A stretch of 64,000 nt of DNA from an uncultured bacterium (GCA_963707655.1 OY970172.1:512001-576000); one strand, 5' to 3'; shown: positions 10,378-20,544, counted from the first letter of the stretch. Numbers and translations are program-made. Notes: generated from the sequence alone by a model not told the origin.

Positions 10378-10704
10378 TTATTTTTTCTTCTTTTCTTTCA
10401 GCTTTGAAGGCATATATTGCAACGTATAATCAAGTTGTTTGGTGATAAACGTTAAATCATCCAACGCTGCCTCATAATCTGTCCTGCTCATCTTTTTTTC
10501 CCCTTCAATAATTGCAAGCTTCGTATTAGTAATCTGCGTGTTCAAAGTATTTATATTTTTTTCTGCGTAGACAGACTCAACAAAACAAGATTCTCTTAAT
10601 GCGCTAATTGAAGCAGTAGAGATTTTTGGTTTTGTTATTACAAAATCTTCTGCCATGCCATGATGCATAAGAAAACAAAATAATATGATTACTGTTTTTT
10701 TCAT
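10378..10704 (-). CDS. Small secreted hypothetical protein
   Basis: MKKTVIILFCFL leader; the start overlaps the pgsA stop. Confidence 0.6.
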   Translation of the reverse strand: MKKTVIILFCFLMHHGMAEDFVITKPKISTASISALRESCFVESVYAEKNINTLNTQITNTKLAIIEGEKKMSRTDYEAALDDLTFITKQLDYTLQYMPSKLKEKKKK

Positions 10705-11306
10705 ACTTTGCTTCCTTGCAATAAACCAAATCCTATACGAATGTATTGTATTAATGAAAGCAGCACCAAGCCCACTACTAGGGTAAAGGCTGCATAATAG
10801 GTTTTAAGCGGAAACCAATTTAAAAAATTACAGGCAAAAAGCCATGCAATAAAAAGAACTTGCATAAACGTGGTAATTTTACTGATAATCGTTGGCTGCA
10901 CCTGCATAAATCCACGCATAACATACAGCGCGCCAACCCCTACGACAATAATTACTTCACGAACAAAAATAATGGCGACGAACCAGAACGGTATATGCAA
11001 CAACGATCTATTTTGAAAAGCAAGAGTAAAAAAACACGCAAGGGTAAGCACTTTATCTGCAACAGGGTCGAGCCACGCACCAAGCAAGGTTTTTTCATTG
11101 CGCCAACGAGCCAAGTTGCCGTCGAGTGTATCGGTAATGGCGGCGCACACAAACAATAAAAATGCATAATTCCATTGTTCGGCAATCATGGTATACACAA
11201 TAACGGGCGTCATGATAATGCGCGCAATCGTGAGCCAGGTAGAAAGCGTGAGACGTCTTTCACGCTTGGGAAATTTTGTAAAAAAAGAAAATCTTAATTT
11301 CATCAT
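10701..11306 (-). CDS. pgsA: CDP-alcohol phosphatidyltransferase (PgsA-like)
   Basis: DTLDGNLARWRNEKTLLGAWLDPVADK signature. Start placed at ATG 11306 rather than 11420. Confidence 0.85.
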   Translation of the reverse strand: MMKLRFSFFTKFPKRERRLTLSTWLTIARIIMTPVIVYTMIAEQWNYAFLLFVCAAITDTLDGNLARWRNEKTLLGAWLDPVADKVLTLACFFTLAFQNRSLLHIPFWFVAIIFVREVIIVVGVGALYVMRGFMQVQPTIISKITTFMQVLFIAWLFACNFLNWFPLKTYYAAFTLVVGLVLLSLIQYIRIGFGLLQGSKV

Positions 11307-11380
11307 AAAAAACCAACATGGGTAAAAAGATAGATTGATGATACTCAAGTCAGTATACAACAAGAATATATTAGGTAAAA

Positions 11381-12442
11381 TTAGCTGTGCGATTGTGCAA
11401 TAATGCCGGCACCCAAACAAATATCCCCATCATAAAATACGGCAAACTGTCCGGGTGATATTCCTTGATCGCGCTCGCTCAAGACAACCTCTGCTTTACT
11501 GTCTGAAAGAGGTTTAAAGAGGCAATCATAAATCGCAGCACCATGACGCAATTTTACTTGTACATGTTTTTTTTCAGGAACTCCTGCGAACCAGCGGCAA
11601 TCTTCAACCACAAAACGGTCACGCATTTTATCTGAGGCATAATAATCGCGGGAAATAAAAAGAATATTGCGCTCCGCATCTTTGCTTACCACGTACCAGG
11701 GGCCGCCAGCCAAGCCCAGGCCTTGGCGCTGACCAATAGTGTGGTACCAAAAGCCTTTGTGTTCACCCAGAATTTTGCCCGTTTCATATTCTATGATGGC
11801 ACCGGGCTTTTCTCCCATATAATGGCCAATAAAATCGCTAAATTTAATTTTTCCTAAAAAACAGATGCCTTGGCTGTCTTTTCTGTTTTGATTGGACAAA
11901 TTATAATGCTTTGCCAATTCGCGCACCTGCTCTTTACGCAAGTGGCCAATAGGAAACAGTGCGCGAGAAAGTTGTCTTTGATTTAAAAAGGAGAGGAAAT
12001 AGGTTTGATCTTTTATAAGATCGGGTGCTTTGACAAGCTTGAAAAGAGCATTTTCTTGTACAACCTGTGCATAGTGACCGGTAGCAACTTTATCAAACGA
12101 TGCATCAATTTTATCGTAAAATATGCCAAACTTAATGCGCTGATTGCATAACACATCAGGATTTGGTGTGCGTCCCGCTTTAACTTCGGCTATGGTGTAA
12201 GAAACAACCTGCTCCCAATACTCTTTTTGTAGTGAAACTACTTCAAGCGGAACACCTACTTGTTCGCAAACCGAGCGCACATAGGCAAGATCATCTTCCC
12301 AAGGACACGTGCCCAAAAAAGATGTCTCGTCCTCGAGCCAAATTTTAAGATAAAAAGCGGTTAATTCATGCCCCTGCTCTTTTAAAAGCTGAAGAGCAAC
12401 CGAGCTATCAACACCGCCGGAAACTAATACTGCTATTTTCAT
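11381..12442 (-). CDS. mnmA: tRNA 2-thiouridylase MnmA
   Basis: SGGVDSS, TPNPDVLCN, ATGHYA, KDQTYFL, DSQGICF motifs. Confidence 0.97.
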   Translation of the reverse strand: MKIAVLVSGGVDSSVALQLLKEQGHELTAFYLKIWLEDETSFLGTCPWEDDLAYVRSVCEQVGVPLEVVSLQKEYWEQVVSYTIAEVKAGRTPNPDVLCNQRIKFGIFYDKIDASFDKVATGHYAQVVQENALFKLVKAPDLIKDQTYFLSFLNQRQLSRALFPIGHLRKEQVRELAKHYNLSNQNRKDSQGICFLGKIKFSDFIGHYMGEKPGAIIEYETGKILGEHKGFWYHTIGQRQGLGLAGGPWYVVSKDAERNILFISRDYYASDKMRDRFVVEDCRWFAGVPEKKHVQVKLRHGAAIYDCLFKPLSDSKAEVVLSERDQGISPGQFAVFYDGDICLGAGIIAQSHS

Positions 12443-12488
12443 GAAAAACTCTGATTTAAATTGAATTAGTTTTTAGTGTAGCAGATAT

Positions 12489-12533
12489 AAAAAAAGGGTC
12501 TATTAAAAGCACTTTTTAATGCTTAATAGACCC
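12489..12533 (-). terminator. Intrinsic terminator
   Basis: GGGTCTATTAA...TTAATAGACCC inverted repeat followed by a U-tract on the minus strand. Confidence 0.6.
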
Positions 12534-12561
12534 AAAATATTACGTAAAAAAATCTTATTGA

Positions 12562-13029
12562 TTATTTATTCGGATTAGAAGAAACTCTGCCAAGCCAGCG
12601 AGCAAAATTAACGGGAAAACAGACCAAATCAACAATTCCTTCTACTTCATATTCCTGCTTTACGGGACGACGTCGTATTGTTTCATTGTGATTATCATGC
12701 CTCTTGACTCTATATGAGGCGTTAATAATCTGCATAGTCTCTTGGTCAACTGATCCAGCGTTATCCGCAACACCGTGTGCTTTTAATATCGACAATCTGG
12801 CCTCGTCTAACTTGCCATTAAGCGAACAGCGTTCTTCGTTTTTTGCGATGCATTCTTTGCAAGCACTCCATATCTGCTCTGATGCTTCCAAATTCATCAT
12901 TCCTAAACTCTTCCACACGCCATCAACGCGCTCTTGATTTGCCTCAAAGCCAGTGCGTAATTGCACCGCATAAGAAGACAACGAGCACAATAAGGATAAA
13001 ACGAAAACACCCTTAAATACTTTTACCAT
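12562..13029 (-). CDS. Secreted hypothetical protein
   Basis: Leader MVKVFKGVFVLSLLCSLSSYA; AAGGAA RBS. Confidence 0.65.
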   Translation of the reverse strand: MVKVFKGVFVLSLLCSLSSYAVQLRTGFEANQERVDGVWKSLGMMNLEASEQIWSACKECIAKNEERCSLNGKLDEARLSILKAHGVADNAGSVDQETMQIINASYRVKRHDNHNETIRRRPVKQEYEVEGIVDLVCFPVNFARWLGRVSSNPNK

Positions 13030-13145
13030 ATCATAATTCCTTTATTTAAAACTCAATTATAAATTTATTTACTATTATACATAAGAATATCAATAATCAG
13101 CCAATGCGTCAATCGGGGAAAAACCCTTTATCCCGCCAAGAATTA

Positions 13146-13175
13146 TTGAATATACCACACAAGGATTGCTATTAT
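13146..13175 (+). promoter_or_regulatory. Putative sigma70 promoter (extended -10)
   Basis: TTGAAT-18 nt-TATTAT preceded by TGC. Confidence 0.5.
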
Positions 13176-13223
13176 TAATATGATATAGAGATAGAGATAT
13201 TTGAAGTAAAAATGGGAGAACTC

Positions 13224-13637
13224 ATGAATAAGATACAAATATTTGCCGTTGTTGCCGCTTTATTGGCATCAGGCAGTGCATTGGCCAACGTGCTCATATA
13301 TAACCAAACCCTCTACCCAATCAAAGCTATTGTGAAATGGGATGGTGGGTCGAAGACCATTGAGAATATACAACCAAATGCCAAACGCGACAATCCAACA
13401 AAAGAAGATGCCAAAATCACCGCTGACGTAGTGAATATCAAGAGACATTACATCATATTTGCCGAGTACAATGGAAAATATGTACAGGTGGCAGATGAAA
13501 AGGTAAGCGATGCCGGAAACAGAAGAGTGTTTGTTACCTACACAGGGGATAAACCTTTTGATGAAAATGCCGGAGCTTCTGAACTAGTACTTAATCCAAA
13601 AGGATTCAGGGTACGAACCGAGCCATATACTCGATAA
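13224..13637 (+). CDS. Small secreted protein, paralog of 13834..14214
   Basis: GGAGA RBS, signal peptide ending ALA, NxTxYPIK motif. Confidence 0.75.
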   Translation: MNKIQIFAVVAALLASGSALANVLIYNQTLYPIKAIVKWDGGSKTIENIQPNAKRDNPTKEDAKITADVVNIKRHYIIFAEYNGKYVQVADEKVSDAGNRRVFVTYTGDKPFDENAGASELVLNPKGFRVRTEPYTR

Positions 13638-13652
13638 AAAACCTTACATAAG

Positions 13653-13692
13653 AAAAAAACCCTGCATAGCTTAGTTGTGCAGGGTTTTTTTT
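13653..13692 (+). terminator. Intrinsic terminator
   Basis: AAAAAAACCCTGCA...TGCAGGGTTTTTTTT. Confidence 0.8.
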
Positions 13693-13754
13693 GTGTCTCT
13701 TTAATGCCCTTATGCGAATCAACTGCGTCTTCTTTTACTTTCCCGAATAAAATA

Positions 13755-13784
13755 TTGCATATCTGAATATTAAACTGCTATTCT
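13755..13784 (+). promoter_or_regulatory. Putative sigma70 promoter (extended -10)
   Basis: TTGCAT-18 nt-TATTCT preceded by TGC. Confidence 0.55.
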
Positions 13785-13833
13785 CTAACTAAATAGAATT
13801 AAAATGCTGTATCACAACAGAAAAGGAACAATA

Positions 13834-14214
13834 ATGAAAACACTAAAGCTTATGGCTACCCTGCTTGCCCTCTTGGCAACCGGACAGGCAATGGCTTGGA
13901 CGCGCATAGCAAATCACACCTCTTATCCCATTAAATTTCGTGCAGCGCTCAAAGGCGGCGATATTTTTGGTGGTAAAAAATACCCAAGCATTGACTCTAT
14001 ACCCACCATTGCTCCCAAAACCGACCTTTTCACCAATGAGGGTTTAATGAACCTAAGAACCCGCTATGATGTTTATGCAGATTTTGGCGATGGACATTTT
14101 GTGCAAGTCATTTCCCAAAGAGTCGGCAATGAGGGCGGAAACAGACAGCTCGATGTATACCGTGATGACGACGGAAACTGGAGAATCTCTTCTTTAGTAA
14201 GAGGCGCCAATTAA
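13834..14214 (+). CDS. Small secreted protein, paralog of 13224..13637
   Basis: AAGGA RBS, signal peptide ending AMA, NHTSYPIK and VQV...GNR motifs shared with the paralog. Confidence 0.75.
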   Translation: MKTLKLMATLLALLATGQAMAWTRIANHTSYPIKFRAALKGGDIFGGKKYPSIDSIPTIAPKTDLFTNEGLMNLRTRYDVYADFGDGHFVQVISQRVGNEGGNRQLDVYRDDDGNWRISSLVRGAN

Positions 14215-14221
14215 TTAAAAG

Positions 14222-14269
14222 ATAATAAAACCTCGCATGGTCGTTGCATCATGCGGGGTTTTTTATTAT
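14222..14269 (+). terminator. Intrinsic terminator
   Basis: AATAAAACCTCGCATG...CATGCGGGGTTTTTTATT. Confidence 0.75.
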
Positions 14270-14345
14270 GCCAGTCTCTTTCTTCATAAAGATTACTGCA
14301 GCAACCGCATTTTTTATATCATTGTTACTTTATTGAATGAAAATA

Positions 14346-14375
14346 TTGCATATTTGCATATTAAAATGATACTGT
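14346..14375 (+). promoter_or_regulatory. Putative sigma70 promoter (extended -10)
   Basis: TTGCAT-18 nt-TACTGT preceded by TGA; near copy of the 13755 promoter. Confidence 0.5.
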
Positions 14376-14452
14376 TGAAATGAAGTTAAATATGATAGCA
14401 AATGGTAAAAAATATAGTATTACTCTAAAACAGTAAAAAGGTCAGGAAAGTC

Positions 14453-15793
14453 ATGAAGTTATCAAATATAAAAATAGCAATTGCGTTGGCATTTGCGTTC
14501 ATGCTTGGCACAACACAAGGTACTGCCCATCTGATTGGGATCAGTAATAAAACGGGTCAGGGATTCCCTACTCCCCGCATAGCGATTAGTGGCACTACTA
14601 TTACCTCAATCCCCTACACGGCAAACAATGTGGGATTGCAAAACATAAAAGTAAATCTGCCCGTAGAAGTTACTTTGAACTATGACTCAACAATCAATGA
14701 GGGCAAACCCTATACGATTAGAATTGAAGAAAGCGGCAGCCTTGGCAACTGTCAGGGTAATAAAAAGATGATCGTGGCAAAGATTTTAGAAGGCGGCGCA
14801 CCACAACAAACGTGCTGCGTTACTTTGGCAAAAAACTCATTTTCACTCAGTAGTGATCCCTATGAATGGGAAAACGTTGTTTTAGCTATCGCTAACAATA
14901 CCGAATACAAGACAAATACTAAAGCTCTGCCTTTTAAGTTTGGCGTTGCCCCATGGACCACTACAAAATTACCCTGGAATAAAATGACCGTGGAAAAAAC
15001 CGCGGACACATCGAAAAACGCAGCCAAACAATTCACTCATGAATGGAGCTCGGGCCCAGAAAATGGATTAAAGGGATTAAAAGTAATGCAAGGCAATACC
15101 GCCTGGATGGGTGGAGACATTACACAAAACCTTATACCAAAAAAAGGTTTTGATCATATAACTCACATTTATAACAATACCCCATACGTGCTTAATGTAA
15201 CGAGAAACATTCGCAACAGCGCGCAGTCGGGATCAAACTTTAATCAGCTCATACCAGCGTGGAGTGCTGTTCCGTGGACCATGGCATGGATTCCAACCAT
15301 TCCTAAATCAGATTTTCATCCTGACCAGGATCAACAATTATCAGCAATTCAAATCTATGCACTCTATGCCCCCGACGCTGATCAACCAAAGCTGCCCGGA
15401 GCCGTGCCAATTCTTACCAAAACCGGCTCAACTGAGCATTCCGTAGGCAAAGATACCGACGATATTATTGCCGGCATGCAGGCGGGCCACTCCGAGTACA
15501 TCTCTGGGCTATTGGGTGAAACACCTATCAAAGATTTAATGCCCAACATAGACAAAGATCAATACGCTGTTGGTAATGAGTATTTCAGAATATTTACCAT
15601 TGATAATCAAAACGGCACTACCTATATACAAAAGTGCGATAATTCTACCCAGGAATGCCAAGATTATGCAACAGTGCCCGCACCAAAAACCAATCCACAA
15701 TTTGGTTACTTTAAATTAATAGTAAGTGAAGATAGAGACGACATAAAACTTAATCTTTCACCGGCTCCTTATGAAAAAGTGTTAGAAGATTAA
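14453..15793 (+). CDS. Secreted hypothetical protein
   Basis: 446 aa with signal peptide and AGGA RBS. Confidence 0.8.
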   Translation: MKLSNIKIAIALAFAFMLGTTQGTAHLIGISNKTGQGFPTPRIAISGTTITSIPYTANNVGLQNIKVNLPVEVTLNYDSTINEGKPYTIRIEESGSLGNCQGNKKMIVAKILEGGAPQQTCCVTLAKNSFSLSSDPYEWENVVLAIANNTEYKTNTKALPFKFGVAPWTTTKLPWNKMTVEKTADTSKNAAKQFTHEWSSGPENGLKGLKVMQGNTAWMGGDITQNLIPKKGFDHITHIYNNTPYVLNVTRNIRNSAQSGSNFNQLIPAWSAVPWTMAWIPTIPKSDFHPDQDQQLSAIQIYALYAPDADQPKLPGAVPILTKTGSTEHSVGKDTDDIIAGMQAGHSEYISGLLGETPIKDLMPNIDKDQYAVGNEYFRIFTIDNQNGTTYIQKCDNSTQECQDYATVPAPKTNPQFGYFKLIVSEDRDDIKLNLSPAPYEKVLED

Positions 15794-15806
15794 TCAGGAG
15801 AAGACT

Positions 15807-17462
15807 ATGAAACGAATACAAATACTAAGCATATTATTACTGGCCACTGGCCAGCAAACATTACCGGTTGTGCCCAAAGGGGTTAAAGCGCCCGCACGAG
15901 CAATAACCGCTATCGGTGATGCGCCAACACAATACACCGTGGTTTATACCAAAATAACCAAAGATCCTAAAGATCAAGAAGGAAAGCCGGTCGTTATACG
16001 CACACAAAAGAGCACCAAACCCGCCGGAGCCGGATCCGCGCCAATCAATGAAGAACTGGCTATCCCACAAGCTGATATTATTTTAAGCGCCGGCGCATTG
16101 CCTGACGCAGCAGCAAAAATTGCCGGGTTTATAGATCCTCGCGCAGGAGCGGCAGTCAAAGCAGGTTCAGCCATTCTTGATCAAGCACTTAATTTCGCGG
16201 GTCAGGAATTAAGTAAAAAGTATAAACTTAATTCTTTTGAAATAAAGCTTATAGAGCTTTTGCCTACCCAATATTATGAATTTGATGATTCCAACAACTC
16301 GATAAAAGTGAAACCTGCCTTTTTACCTGCTTTAGAAAAATATACCCAGATTTTGGCCAACTATGATGCTGTAGCAAAACCGTATAATAAGGCAGCAGTA
16401 AAATATAATAAACTGAAAAATGCATTACCGGAACAACGCCCACCTCCTAATAAACCAAAAGAACGCGCAGATTGGGATAAACAATATCAAGAAGCACTGA
16501 ATGTATATAATAATGAGTTGATGCCAGAATTAAAGAAAAAAGTTGGCATAGAATCACAATTAACCGAGTATGCACTCCATCGCGTTGCTTTAATGGCGAG
16601 CCAGGATGAACCGGGCGATGGCTGTAAAGCGACAGGAGAAAAAGGATGGGAAGGCCCATGGTCTCTTTACCTCTACTACTTCCTTGGTAGCAAGCAAACC
16701 AATAGAATTAAAGTGGATTTCTGCGCGCAAAAAGGGGTGACGCAAGATTTTGCTATTCGATTGAATCGCAATGATCAGGACGACAAAGGAAATTTTGTTG
16801 CCGGCGGCGTTAATCTGGAAGCAACAAGCAACAATACTATTAAATTCCCGGTAGAAATAGCGGCCGGAAAAATGAATTGGAACAGCAAGCAATCTGCAAA
16901 ATACAGCTGGTTCGATGATATGATTACCAATGAAAACGGTGGGGATATTGCAACCTATCTATATCCATATGACCTTTTCAACCTTGAGCAAAAACGTTTG
17001 AAAGAGCAAGCTGACAAAAACGATGCCCGCACCAAAGAAAACGTTGATAAGTTTAATGGCGCACTTGACGAATTAGACAAAGCAATGAAAGACATAAAAG
17101 ACAAAAAAGGCATAGTAGATAAAGTCTTAGGCGGCAGCGACAAAGATAAGGATAAAGACAAAGGCTCTGAAACGCCTGCTCCCGGGGGAGAAAAAGTTGC
17201 TGACAACTCTTTGATACCAAAAGGCAACAATGGGGCAAAAGAGTCAAAAAAAAACTACTATGCGATCTTAGGAGTAAGCAAAACAGCAACTGCGGCCGAG
17301 ATAAAAAAAGTATATTATGCGCTGGCAAAGACCAAGCATCCTGACAAACAGCTAGACAACCCAAACGCAGAAGCAGAATGGAAAGAAATTGGCGAAGCGT
17401 ATAGCGTATTATCAGATCCGGATAAAAGAAAAGCTTACGATCTAGCCGTTGCAGCAGGATAA
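15807..17462 (+). CDS. Secreted protein with C-terminal DnaJ (J) domain
   Basis: Signal-peptide-like leader; NYYAILGVSKTA...KHPDK...EAYSVLSDPDKRKAYD. Confidence 0.85.
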   Translation: MKRIQILSILLLATGQQTLPVVPKGVKAPARAITAIGDAPTQYTVVYTKITKDPKDQEGKPVVIRTQKSTKPAGAGSAPINEELAIPQADIILSAGALPDAAAKIAGFIDPRAGAAVKAGSAILDQALNFAGQELSKKYKLNSFEIKLIELLPTQYYEFDDSNNSIKVKPAFLPALEKYTQILANYDAVAKPYNKAAVKYNKLKNALPEQRPPPNKPKERADWDKQYQEALNVYNNELMPELKKKVGIESQLTEYALHRVALMASQDEPGDGCKATGEKGWEGPWSLYLYYFLGSKQTNRIKVDFCAQKGVTQDFAIRLNRNDQDDKGNFVAGGVNLEATSNNTIKFPVEIAAGKMNWNSKQSAKYSWFDDMITNENGGDIATYLYPYDLFNLEQKRLKEQADKNDARTKENVDKFNGALDELDKAMKDIKDKKGIVDKVLGGSDKDKDKDKGSETPAPGGEKVADNSLIPKGNNGAKESKKNYYAILGVSKTATAAEIKKVYYALAKTKHPDKQLDNPNAEAEWKEIGEAYSVLSDPDKRKAYDLAVAAG

Positions 17463-17468
17463 CCACCC

Positions 17469-17516
17469 AAGAAAAGAGAGACGCAGAATATTTCCTCGTC
17501 TCTCTTTTCTTTTTTT
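17469..17516 (+). terminator. Intrinsic terminator
   Basis: AAGAAAAGAGAGACG...CGTCTCTCTTTTCTTTTTTT. Confidence 0.8.
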
Positions 17517-17602
17517 AACAGCTAAAAGGTGACAAAAAAGCGACTCTATAGTAATTTTTAAACCATAGAGTGTCACCCTTAACTATTTCAGGCTTTTTTT
17601 AT

Positions 17603-19249
17603 ATGAACCTTATCGAACAGATTCAGCAAGCATTTATTACCCATCTATCTTCTTTATACGCACTATCCCCCGATCAGCTTCGCGAACATTCGTTAAGCAT
17701 TAATACCGATGATAACAAACAAGATTTTGGTGATTTAAACAGTGCGGCAGCTTTAGCTTTGGCCAAAGAGCTCAAGCGCAACCCTCGCCACATTGCCGAA
17801 GAAATAAAAAATTCATTTACCCATAGCGCCATAGAAAAAATAGATGTTGCCGGTGCAGGATTTATCAATCTTTTTTTTACAAAAAATGCGTTACATGAGA
17901 TTGCCCGGGAGCTCTTTACCCAAAAAGCGCTCTTCTTTAAGCCCGCGCAACTCCTGCCAAAAAAATTTAACATAGAATTCGTGAGCGCCAATCCAACCGG
18001 CCCCCTGCACTTTGGCCATGGCCGCAGCGGCATTATTGGCGATGTTTTGGCCAACGCTCTCCGCTTTCTGGGCCACGCGGTGACTAAAGAATTTTATATC
18101 AATGACGCAGGATCACAAATTCAAAAACTCGGCGCATCATTCAAAGCACGCGTCGCCCAGGCCGCAGGTATCGAAAGCCCTGTTCCTGAAGATGGTTATC
18201 AGGGAGAATATTTAGTTGCCCTCGCAGAGGAATGCCTAGCAACTCATGACAAAACAGTGCTTGAAAACAATGATCAGTTCTTTGAAGATTACGCAAAAAA
18301 CAAACTGCTCGAACGCATTAAAAATACTCTCATCAATTATGGTATCACGTTTGATGTCTGGTTCTCTGAAAAAACATTACACGTAAACAAATCAATAGAA
18401 GAAGCGATCGCAAAACTTAAAGAACAGGGCCATCTTTTTGAACAAGAGGGAGCGCTTTGGTTCCGCTCTACTGATTTTGGTGATGATAAAGATCGCGTAC
18501 TGCAAAAATCAAATGGCCAATGGACCTATATTGCAGCCGATATCGCCTATTTATTGAATAAAGTAAATCGCGGCTTTGATAAGTTGGCAGTGGTCCTTGG
18601 GCACGATCATCATAGCTATGCGGTCCGCCTGCAAGGCATTCGCACATCGCTGAATTTAAAGCCGACGCTGGACATTATACTCTATCAGTTGGTACGCATG
18701 AAAGAAGGTGGCGAGCTGGTGCAAATGTCTAAACGCACCGGCGTTATGATTACCTTGCAAGATGTTATCGATGCGGTCGGCACCGATGTTGCCCGCTTTT
18801 TCTATCTTCACCGCAAGGCCGATGCCCAGTTGGAATTTGATCTTGAGCTGGCTAAAAAAAGAACCGACGAAAATCCTGTTTATTATGTGCAATATGCCTA
18901 CGTGCGCATCCTTTCGATTGTAAACAAGGCAAACCAAGAAGCAGAGCTTGGCCAAATCAGCGCGGCCGATGCAGCGTATCTGGGCGCTGAAGAAGCGCTG
19001 CTCTTGAAAAAAATCGTCTCTTTAAAACATCTTCTTGAGACGATAGGCAGCAACCACCAAACCCACCTGCTCACCTACTACAGCATTGAGCTCGCCGATG
19101 CTTTTCATCGCTATTATAGCAAGCACCGGGTAGTCGATCTTACCGAGCCAAAACGCAGCCGGGGCAGACTGCTACTCCTTGAAACCCTCAAGACAACCTT
19201 TGGAACAGTTCTCGACATTCTGGGCATTAGCAAACCAGAAAAAATGTAA
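17603..19249 (+). CDS. argS: Arginine--tRNA ligase
   Basis: EFVSANPTGPLHFGH, YINDAG, MSKRTG, NPVYYVQYA motifs. Confidence 0.97.
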   Translation: MNLIEQIQQAFITHLSSLYALSPDQLREHSLSINTDDNKQDFGDLNSAAALALAKELKRNPRHIAEEIKNSFTHSAIEKIDVAGAGFINLFFTKNALHEIARELFTQKALFFKPAQLLPKKFNIEFVSANPTGPLHFGHGRSGIIGDVLANALRFLGHAVTKEFYINDAGSQIQKLGASFKARVAQAAGIESPVPEDGYQGEYLVALAEECLATHDKTVLENNDQFFEDYAKNKLLERIKNTLINYGITFDVWFSEKTLHVNKSIEEAIAKLKEQGHLFEQEGALWFRSTDFGDDKDRVLQKSNGQWTYIAADIAYLLNKVNRGFDKLAVVLGHDHHSYAVRLQGIRTSLNLKPTLDIILYQLVRMKEGGELVQMSKRTGVMITLQDVIDAVGTDVARFFYLHRKADAQLEFDLELAKKRTDENPVYYVQYAYVRILSIVNKANQEAELGQISAADAAYLGAEEALLLKKIVSLKHLLETIGSNHQTHLLTYYSIELADAFHRYYSKHRVVDLTEPKRSRGRLLLLETLKTTFGTVLDILGISKPEKM

Positions 19250-19329
19250 TTGATAAAAATAGAAGATATGGCAAACTTAAAGAATTAATTCATAATTCAG
19301 ATTAAAAAATTAGCACAAAAGGACACACT

Positions 19330-19929
19330 ATGGCTAAAGTAGATATGGCACTCATCCAAAAACTACGAGATATTACCGGCCTTGGTATGATGGATTGCAA
19401 AAAGGCTCTGGAAGAAACAGACGGGGATGTAGAAAAAGCAGTTGAACTACTCCGCAAAAAAGGGGCTGCCATTGCATCTAAAAGATCTGACAAGAGCACT
19501 GCTGAAGGCCTTGTTCACGCTTACATTCATCCCGGCGCACGCGTTGGTGTTATGATTGAAGTAAATTGTGAAACTGATTTTGTTGCCAATACCGATGCCA
19601 TTAAACAATTCGCTAGCGACATATGCATGCATATTGCTGCATTAAAACCACTCTACCTTGCACCTGAAAATGTTGATGCCAAGTTTGTTGAGCTTGAAAA
19701 AAATATTTTTGCCGAGCAACTCAAAACATCAGGAAAACCTGAAAAAGTTATCAATCAAATTCTTGAAGGCAAGATCAATAAGCTTTATGATGACATTTGC
19801 CTACTCAGACAAAAATTTGTAAAAAATGATCAATTGACCGTACAAGATTTGTTAAACGACTTGATGGCAAAAACAGGCGAGCGCATTCAAATTAAACGCT
19901 TTGCACGTTATGAAATTGGTGCCTATTAA
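19330..19929 (+). CDS. tsf: Elongation factor Ts (short form)
   Basis: LRDITGLGMMDCKKAL and EVNCETDFVA motifs. Confidence 0.96.
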   Translation: MAKVDMALIQKLRDITGLGMMDCKKALEETDGDVEKAVELLRKKGAAIASKRSDKSTAEGLVHAYIHPGARVGVMIEVNCETDFVANTDAIKQFASDICMHIAALKPLYLAPENVDAKFVELEKNIFAEQLKTSGKPEKVINQILEGKINKLYDDICLLRQKFVKNDQLTVQDLLNDLMAKTGERIQIKRFARYEIGAY

Positions 19930-19950
19930 TTTTCAAAAAAAGGATTTGTC

Positions 19951-20544
19951 ATGGCAATACAACCTATTACACTCGTTGAAAACGATATAAAATCTTTTCA
20001 AACTCCTATGGAAGTTGAAATGGCAAAAGCCATTAAACATTTCGAAGGAGAATTAATCAAAATAAGAACCGGACGTGCGCACACATCTATGGTAGAAGAT
20101 TTACCAATCTCCTGCTATGGACAACCGCCAATGGCCCTTAAATCATACGCTGCCATTGCAGCTCCTGATGTTCGCCTTATTACTATTCAACCGTGGGACC
20201 TTACTCTGATTGATGAAATAGAAAAAGCTATTAAAAACTCAGATTTAGGCATTAATCCAACCAATGATGGCAAGGTTATCAAATTAGTTTTGCCTGAAAT
20301 GAGCAGCTCTCGCCGCGATGATTTGGTAAAAATATTGGGCAAAAAGCTTGAGGAATGCAAAATCTCTATTCGCAACGTGCGCAAAGATTTTCACAATATC
20401 ATGCGCGATGCAAAAAAAGATAAAAAGATATCAGAAAACTTTTATAGCCGGCTTGATGATACATTACAAAAAGTTACCGACAACTACACATCAAAAGCTG
20501 ATGCTTTAAATGATAAAAAAGAAAAAGAAATAAGATCTTTTTAA
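19951..20544 (+). CDS. frr: Ribosome recycling factor
   Basis: IRTGRA, IQPWD, LGINPTNDG motifs. Confidence 0.95.
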   Translation: MAIQPITLVENDIKSFQTPMEVEMAKAIKHFEGELIKIRTGRAHTSMVEDLPISCYGQPPMALKSYAAIAAPDVRLITIQPWDLTLIDEIEKAIKNSDLGINPTNDGKVIKLVLPEMSSSRRDDLVKILGKKLEECKISIRNVRKDFHNIMRDAKKDKKISENFYSRLDDTLQKVTDNYTSKADALNDKKEKEIRSF

